Shown here in pieces: positions 55,572 through 64,000 of a stretch of DNA of 64,000 nt. The position numbers were made by a program, and so were the translations under genes. The notes below the pieces were generated by a model. It saw only the letters and a list, made by a program, of their open reading frames with translations. It searched no databases and was not told the origin of the DNA. Each line of letters starts with the position of its first letter. The stretch's first letter is position 1. The stretch lies in the NCBI RefSeq assembly GCF_009914755.1, contig NC_060947.1; one strand, written 5' to 3'. The stretch comes from the human T2T-CHM13v2.0 reference genome, Homo sapiens.

Positions 55572-58500
55572 GCGGGGATGCCCTTCTATCAGCCATCAGC
55601 TGGTAAAGACTCATGAAATGCAGACTCATTTTAATATAATCCTCAACCAAGCGTTATTAGCAACAGAGGCCAACGGACTGGGGGCGGGGGAGGAAACTAA
55701 TCGTCTCTGTCAATGCTGTTCTCTATTAACAGTGGAAATAGACTCTCAGAGGGGAAAGGGATCTCAAAGGTAATCTAGTTCGTTACACTTATGGTACAAA
55801 TCAATACTGTCTACAGTCTCCCTGGTATCTCCTACAGCCCCTCTACTTGCTAAAACAACTCTGGTAAAGTGCAAAGAGTTGGTTTTGGACCAAGAGTTAG
55901 AAAAGACTTCAACTCTCAGATCTATCATTAACTAGCTGTGTGGGCTCAGGCAAGTTATTCTCCATTTCTGGAGTTGGGCTTTTCACTGGTAGCGTAGTGG
56001 GAGGGAGTGACTAGAACTGGTGGTTCTTAGACGCTTTTGGGTCAGGGAGCACTTTGTTGTGAGTCTAATTAAAGTTATGGACATTCTTCCTGGAAAAATG
56101 CATATGCGTACAAAATTTTCTATATAACTCTAGGGAGTTCACTGACTTTCTGAAGTCCAAATAAAGATCTCAGATCAAAGACAACTGTAGTAGACAATCC
56201 TTTTAATCCTTCTTTAGCACTAACACTCTAAATTGCATTCTTTCTAGATTACATTTGGTAACTTCTGGTTGAGGATCAAACCCAAAAGCCAAATAGAACA
56301 CTGAATCTTATGCTGGAAAAATCAGGTGGTTAGAGAGCACACTGAGGGCCATGTTGGTGTGTAGGATAACACAGTTTCTGCTTCTCCTGCCAACATTTAA
56401 AAGTCTTGATTAATAAATAATCACAACGACAATAATTACAAGTTCCCTTAAAGCCATCATCTCCTTCCCCACAGTACTCCTGGCAATTACTGGATTTGCC
56501 TTCTGTACATTGTAAGTCTGGTGAGCTCTCCTAAGAATCCCTTCTCCGGAAGGTGATTGCGCAGTTTTGCAAATAAGTAGTGTGCCCTGGTGACCTGTGA
56601 TGGTGGTTTGGAGCCTGCTTTTTCTCTCTCAGTAACAGTTAAAGATCCTCCCAACTCTGCAGCAGGAAATGCTTACATAAAGCATCAATTAAGGAGTTCT
56701 CAATGCAGTGGTAATGAGACATACATACTCTTTTCACCTCCTCCTATCTGCTCTCTGAATTGCTCTCCAGTTCACAACAAAAAAGTGCATTGGCTGCAAA
56801 CCCCACAATTATATTACTTTTTTTCCCCAGCCACAGCAAATAGCAACAAGGCAACCACTTACTAAGTTCCCTCTAATTTTTATTAGATTTACTTTCTCCC
56901 AAGAAAGCTCTATGAGCTAATGAAGTTATAATTTATATTTAAGACTTGTCCAAAATTTCCAGCTGACTTTAATGAGGATAGCTGTGTGTCGGGGTATTTT
57001 CGTATGTGGCTCCTTGCTCAGGGTAACAAGGCAAAGTTTCTTTCTCACAGCAGCCCACTTTAACATAATCCTGGAACTTGCAATCAGCTTATGAGAAGGC
57101 AAATGTTTCACCCCATGGAGTTGAGCTTCTCTCCAAGCTCACAAGAACTAGCAAATACAGTAGCAACTAATCCTAGACTTTGTCATGGAAGCAGACTATA
57201 ATGCACTAAATGCCTACTTTTTTCACATAATTAAATATAGGGAAAAAAGGTTACACTGCAGCTGGCACTGAAAACCCTGTCTTGACACCATGCTCTGCCT
57301 GACACTATGACAGCTGAGCCTCAGCTAAATAAGCACAGTGGACCACTACCATTTCCCAGGCGGCCTGTTGTCTATCACGTCTGATCATCAACATAGCATG
57401 GTACAGGGCACGGATTCAGTCTCTAGCACTCTGGAGTAGGGACTAGGGAGAATAGTGTAATAGAAAGGAAAAAAAAATTCATTAACATCTCAGAGAAGCT
57501 GTAGAAAGTAGACTAGACTGGCAGTGAGCAGGAATAAGTGGATAAGGGGTCCTGGACTACACTTCCCAGGGGTTAGCATAATGGGTTCGTGCTGGTGTGC
57601 ATATATTGAGAAGGCAGTTGAGAGTGAGTAATTATTATGGAATAATACTTTCTCTGAGCCATGTGATCACCTCCCTTGTGACTCTTCTAATTTCATCTGG
57701 ATTTCTGCCTTCCTGTATTCTCTCCTTCACCTCCACACAGAGATATTAACGGAATGCTCCTTAACCAAGAGTCACTAATTGTCTAGATAGTCGTGTTACT
57801 TTTGCAGAGGATTCTATCCTCTGGTCACAGGATTGCACCTCTGACTTCACTGTTAGTCATCTTGCAAATATTACACTGGCTTGTAAAGAAGACTGAGTAA
57901 AAGATTGTAGCTTGCTCCTCCAAAGCCATTTGACATTGGAAAAATAACTGAATGTTCATTCTACTTATCAGAGCAGCAGCATTTGTATGACATGGGGATG
58001 GCAAGAAGGCTGAGGGTCACGGCGTCCCTGATAACTTAGTTTAGTTACTGTGACATTCATCTATAAGGGCTAGGATAGGAGATTGACATTAAGTAGCCAA
58101 GGTAAAGGTGCCATGCAATGAAGCTGACGTGTGAAATATGACAAGATTAAGCAGATGACTTTCAACAGCTTCAGGCTAAGGCCTCAGAATTTATAATGGT
58201 TGCATTTATGAAGGCAATATATAATTACAAGTCGTCTGATAGTCAATGTGAGAAATTTACATGTTACCTTCATGAACTCAGGGAACATCTAAAAATAATT
58301 TCATGATATTTAAAAGGTACCTAATTACAAGATGAAAATCTTCTTCTCCGAAAGGAATTATTGAATATAGCAATAAATATTTTCCATTCTTTTAAAATAC
58401 AAGATTAATGCAAAAACAAAAACAACAACAAAAGACAAAAAACCGAAAGAACCAAATGAAGGCCATGGCAAAATAGACCAATACTATGTAGACAAAATAC

Positions 58501-59269
58501 TATCTATGTAAAACAAGTACCTGCTCTCAGAGATTCTTCTATCTTTCCCTATTCTCTAGTGATTTATCGTAGGATAGGATGAGCCCAGAGGTTTCTCAAT
58601 TTGACACACTGCCCAGTGGCCTGAAATACTTTGTTTATCTATTATTCCTAGCTTACTAAGAGTGTCAGAATCAGGTGTTGAATTTTCATCAAGTGTCTTT
58701 TTGACACTTACGGACAAATTCACATAGTTTTCCCCTTTAATCTGTTAAGACAGTGAATTATAGCAATAGATTTCCTAACGTTGAACCATCTTTCTTGCCC
58801 TAAAATAAACTTTACCTGGACATGATGTATTATCCTTTCAGTGAATCACTGGATTTGATTTGGCAATCCCTGACTTAAGATCTTTACCCTATCTATTTAC
58901 AAAAATAAGGGTTAAATATGATAGTGTTAGAGTGAGGCAGTTGAATGAAGAGAAAGTACAGGTAGGAAATTAAAAGAATCCAGGAGTGAGACAGCTATGC
59001 AACACTTTTGCCAAGAGGTTCCGTACAGTAAAACCTGATATTATGAGATTTTTTTCTGGCTGCTTTGTCCAAGCCTAGCTGCATAAAAGCCAACATGGAT
59101 AACCTATATTGCCATCAAAGGCAGAGTGATATACTGGCTCATGTATAACATTTGTGAGTGCCTTTGTGTACCTGGGCACTGCCCTCCTCTCTCTGGGCAG
59201 ACCCACCATTCCATTATATAGGCAAGGCTAAGGGATCACCCTGATCCTCTGTTGGTATTCATTTCTTTG

Positions 59270-59426
59270 TTCGGTCATTCAACAAATATGCAATATTTCA
59301 TGGGTACCTCTTGTTGACAGGCAGTTTGTGGGGCACTGGGGATATGAGGTTGAACAAGACAGCATCCCTCCCCCCAGTGGAGGTTATATTCAAGTGGGAA
59401 GAACAAATATAAAAGTAAAACAAATA

Positions 59427-59459
<33 letters not shown>

Positions 59460-59690
59460 CACAAACACAAATTGTAATAAAGGTTATGATGGGAGAATGC
59501 TGAGCATTATGAGAGAGTGTAACCAGGAAATTTATGTTGGACTGTGGAGGCAAGGAAAAGCCTCTTTACCAAGAAAGGGTTTACCTTTATAGGGGAGGGC
59601 ATTCTAGGCAGAGAGAGTGGCATGTGTGGAAGGCCTTGAGACTTGGTAGCTATTGAGAGATTTAAAGAAGGTCAGGGTGGCTAGAGAGTC
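59270..59690 (-). mobile_element. L2 fragment containing an interrupted (CA)n at about 59427-59469
   Basis: cattcaacaaatat...ggcactggggatat...; ggcattctaggcagag. Confidence 0.7.
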
Positions 59691-59968
59691 AGTTTCTCTC
59701 CAGTGCATCAAAAACAAGTGAAGAACAACAACCCTCCCTGTCCCTACCCAGTAAAAAATTGTAAGATTACTATCCCCTAGCAGTATTTAGGCATATTTTG
59801 AGGGGAGGCAGGGGTTTTGGAAACAGACTCACCTTGAAAATGGACTGGCTATCCTTTGAAACAATGTGACCGACTAAAAGGGATTCAATATTGTAATGGA
59901 AAGTGAGGTGCTGTTATTTAATGACACAGCAAACCTTCGCCAAGCTGCTCTACGTGCCAGGCAGGTGA

Positions 59969-60397
<429 letters not shown>

Positions 60398-60769
60398 TGA
60401 TCTCCCTAATAATTACCACAAAATAATATGCCTTACATTTGTATAATACATAACAATTAGATATGTTTTTGTGCATATGACCTAATTTGAAGACTCAAAC
60501 TCATGAGGAAACTATATTTACTCCAGTTTGATAGATATCATAGAGACTCAAAGAAATGAAGTTATTAAGTCCAAGGTCACATGGTTAGTAAATGGCAAAG
60601 CCAGAGCTCAAACCCAGTAATTCATAGGCAAATGCTTTCATCTACTATGCTAGATAACAGCTACTAAGGGGGAAGACCCGCAATTCAGTAGTGCTAAATA
60701 AATAACTTTTTATTTGTTCAGAATTTAAGAGACAAGGACTGGAAGCTAGGGATAGCCTTGAAGTAGAGG

Positions 60770-60893
60770 TGCCATGTAACCCAAATGGCCAAAAATGGTG
60801 CTTGGTTATGTTGTTTTCTTGATGTAATTATTAACAGTATCTCCTTTTACTCTCAAAAGTATCTGGTTTGAATGATAAATTATGTGGTCACTC
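60770..60893. mobile_element. MER94-like hAT-Blackjack remnant
   Basis: ccttttactctcaaaagtatctggtttgaatgataaattatgtggtcactc. Confidence 0.6.
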
Positions 60894-61125
60894 AATGTTG
60901 AAGGCATACCTCCGTAGTCCCCTCTGATATGGGTTGGTAGAGGGGACCAGAAGACAAGAACAGTCATAAATGCTGATTTGGAAAATAAGTCACATGGTTT
61001 GATAAGTCATTTAATTTTTCTGTTTCTGGGCTTATCATCTTACCAATGGCTTTTAAACTTTCATGTCTGAAAGTCATGATGAGAAACACAACTCGTTAAT
61101 TGTGACCCAGCATCCACATGGGGAG

Positions 61126-61127
<2 letters not shown>

Positions 61128-61163
<36 letters not shown>
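61128..61163 (+). repeat. (AC)n microsatellite, about 18 units
   Basis: Seen directly. Confidence 0.97.
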
Positions 61164-61166
<3 letters not shown>

Positions 61167-61844
61167 AAGTTTTTCTGAGACAATACTGTCTTTGTAGCAT
61201 CACATTCTGGTATGTTCTATTTAATTCTGTTCACTTCGGTTCTATTATATTCCATCACATTCTATTCAATTTTTCAAAACGAAAACGCTGGTTGACTCAC
61301 CAAATAGATTTCACAGTCTACTAATGGGTGTGACCAGCAGTTTGAAATGGGCACAAGACCACTTGCTTATGAAAGTATTAGTGAAGGCCATTTGAAAACC
61401 TTGGTAGGAACTCTTACTTTTGGATATCCTATATCTTATAACCCATATTAAAATGTATACAACTCATATCCTACATTAAACATATTTCATATGTAAGGAT
61501 GAAAATTGAGTTGTAGTTCACAAGCTGACATGGTGCTCCATTTTTCAGACACTTATTTAAACATTTATTAACGTTGATTTTCAGATTTCCTTTTCATCTT
61601 CTGGTGACAATAAACTGGTTTTTTAGGTAGCAAACATCTTGTAGGTCCGTGAAAATCTCATATCCTTGGCACTGTGCCTATGAAGTTGAATGGATAAAAC
61701 AGCCCTGCTTTCAGTTAACGATTATGAATTCATGAGTGGAGAGAAATGATGAAAGATTATTATCTCTGCTAGCTTCTCTGATAGAAAACCACTGGGGCAT
61801 TGAATTGGGTACTCAGTAAGGTGGGTTGGTTACTTTAGTGAGGA

Positions 61845-62080
61845 GAGGCAGCATTGAAAGGCATACACAACTCAGGACTGGGAGACCTGAGTTTGAATCC
61901 CTGCTCTGTACAGGACTCTAGGCCAGTTACTTTTTCTTTCTGACCCTCAGTTTCCCCCTCTGCAACATGAAGATCATGCTAATTCTGCCATGCCTACCAG
62001 GCAGGAATGTTATAAGGATTAAAATGAGATAATATATGTGAAAGTAGTTTGCAAATTGTAAAGCACTACTCATTTATTAT
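61845..62080 (+). mobile_element. MIR
   Basis: gacctgagtttgaatccctgctctg...ctcagtttcccc..ctgcaacatg...aggattaaaatgagataat. Confidence 0.85.
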
Positions 62081-63399
62081 TAAAATATTCAGTGGATGCT
62101 ATTTTTGTGGCTGCCCAACCTGCTTAGGTTTTACTGAAGGGAAATTTATGAACGCTAAAGCATCGTTCTCAGGAATGTTTTGTGTGCACAAAGCAACCAT
62201 AGCTTAGCACCTATTACTATTAATGTTCCCCTGTTTCTCTCTAACACAATTTAGACAGACTCCTATGTGTCGTGAACCTTTAGGAAGTCTAGTTTTCCCA
62301 GAAACACCATTCTTCGTTGCCAAACTACTATACTAAATAATTATGCAATTGTTGTTGCCAATAACCTTGAAGAAAAATAGAATTGTTTATAGCAGAGCTA
62401 CTAACAGCGGATGGCTGATTTCCTGAACTTCCAGGACTCCAAACTGCTGCAATTTAATTTAATTAAAATAAAGACGAGGCAGAATGCATTATTACATATT
62501 GATAATGTATGCAGACACAGGCGGACATCGGGAATTATTTTGACAAAATTCACATAATGGATGCAGATCAGAGCCCCTGAACAAGCCAGTTTGTCAAATT
62601 AAATAAGCCATCTCTAGAATTTTAACAGCCCTGTGAACTTAACAGTAATGATTTTTTTTTTTACATTGTTTTGCAAGCAGCAGAGTTGGGAAAGAAACTA
62701 AATAAAATACAATGATTTCCAGACATCGTACTTTATTTAGAGTCAAAGAATAAAGCACTAAGTCCAAATTATTTAAAACGCTCACATGGAGTTTTTAGCA
62801 GGGGAGGCTTGTCTGTGTATCAGACAACAAAATCTTTAAGCCGGATGAACTAGTGACTGTGACTTTTGTACTGGAACCCTGGGGATGATTTTACTCTTCT
62901 TCCACTTGATCAATATTGTACTTGGATTAATCAATCTTATCAGTTACCACTGATACTTCTCCAAGGAAGGAGTTCATACAACCCCTGTTTGTAATTTATT
63001 CACTCTGGTATTATCCCTTCAGTTGCAAAGTCTGTTTCCTTACAAAAAAATGGTGGTATATCCTAGGATCTCAAGCACTTCTTTTCTCATTTTCATTGTC
63101 TCTCAACACTCTATTCTTCTCTTGTGATATTCTAGCCCTTAGAGATTATACCAATTCCCTACAGCCGAGCTACATGGAAAACAAGAGTCCCACAACTATC
63201 AAACTAATTTAGATATTCACCATCACTTTAAATTCAGCTTGTTTAAACCTGAACCCTTCTTTCTCCATCACCCAGAAGTGAGTGGGCCAGAGATTCATAT
63301 TTAACTGGCATGGGAGGAGAAAGAGTGGGAGATCTTTCTAGTCACAGTTTTAACCAAAATCATTGCTCTAACTGGACTGCATGAATGCTGGTCATGTCT

Positions 63400-63920
63400 T
63401 ATATTAGTTTCCAATGTCTGCTGTAACAAATTACCAAAAACTTAAAGGCTTTAAACAAGAAAAATTTCTCATCTTACAGTTATGGAGGCCAGAATTCTCA
63501 AATGGGTCTCACTGAGCAAAAATCAAGGTGTCCATAGGGCTGAGTTCCTTTCCAGAGGCTCTAAGGGAAAATCCATTTCTTTGCCTTTTCCAGCTTCTAG
63601 TAGGTGCTTGCACGCCTTAGTTTGTGGCTCTCTTCCCTCATCTTCAAAGCCAGCAATGTTGCATCTCTCTGTGCCTTTCTTCCATAGTTATATCCTCATG
63701 TAACTCTGACCTCCCCTTCCACTCCCTTCTCTGTTTATAAGGACCCTTATGACAAATTGAGCCTACCCAGATAGACCAGGATAATCTCCAATCTCAAATC
63801 AGAAGCTAACAATCTCAATTTCATCTGTAACCTTAATTCTCTTTTGGCATGCAACATAACATATTCATGGTTTCCAAGGATGGACATCTTTGTGGGGGTG
63901 GCTATTATTCTGCCTACCAA
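63400..63920 (-). mobile_element. MLT1 (MLT1D-like) MaLR LTR
   Basis: gctgtaacaaattaccaaaaactt...aaatcaaggtgtc...tcttcaaagccagcaatg...attattctgcctacca. Confidence 0.88.
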
Positions 63921-64000
63921 ATAGCTATACTAGTATTTCTGAATTTGAAGCAAATCTGAAAAGTGTCAGATGCAGCACTGTTGCTGGTGCAAAATTCAGT

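Overview
Primate (almost certainly human) genomic DNA from inside the teneurin-1 gene (TENM1/ODZ1), transcribed on the minus strand. I reconstructed five consecutive coding exons with canonical AG/GT sites and consistent phases: 54054-53911 (144 nt), 47608-47359 (250 nt), 37572-37552 (21-nt microexon), 32307-32075 (233 nt) and 3840-3686 (155 nt). They encode the Ig/FN-plug to NHL beta-propeller part of the ectodomain. The 144-nt exon and the microexon are missing from the supplied ORF track. The rest is intron filled with L1, Alu, MIR, L2, CR1, MaLR LTR and hAT remnants, microsatellites and a palindromic AT-rich minisatellite. I see no RNA gene, no CRISPR array and no new multi-gene system. 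The best leads are regulatory hypotheses: the propeller microexon and its neural splicing code, nearby competing or poison splice sites, a stop codon plus AATAAA cluster built into a weak donor, an in-frame exon module flanked by inverted repeats, and a twin-primed L1PA2 with an informative junction duplication. Repeat subfamily calls come from remembered consensus sequences, and boundaries of old repeats are approximate.
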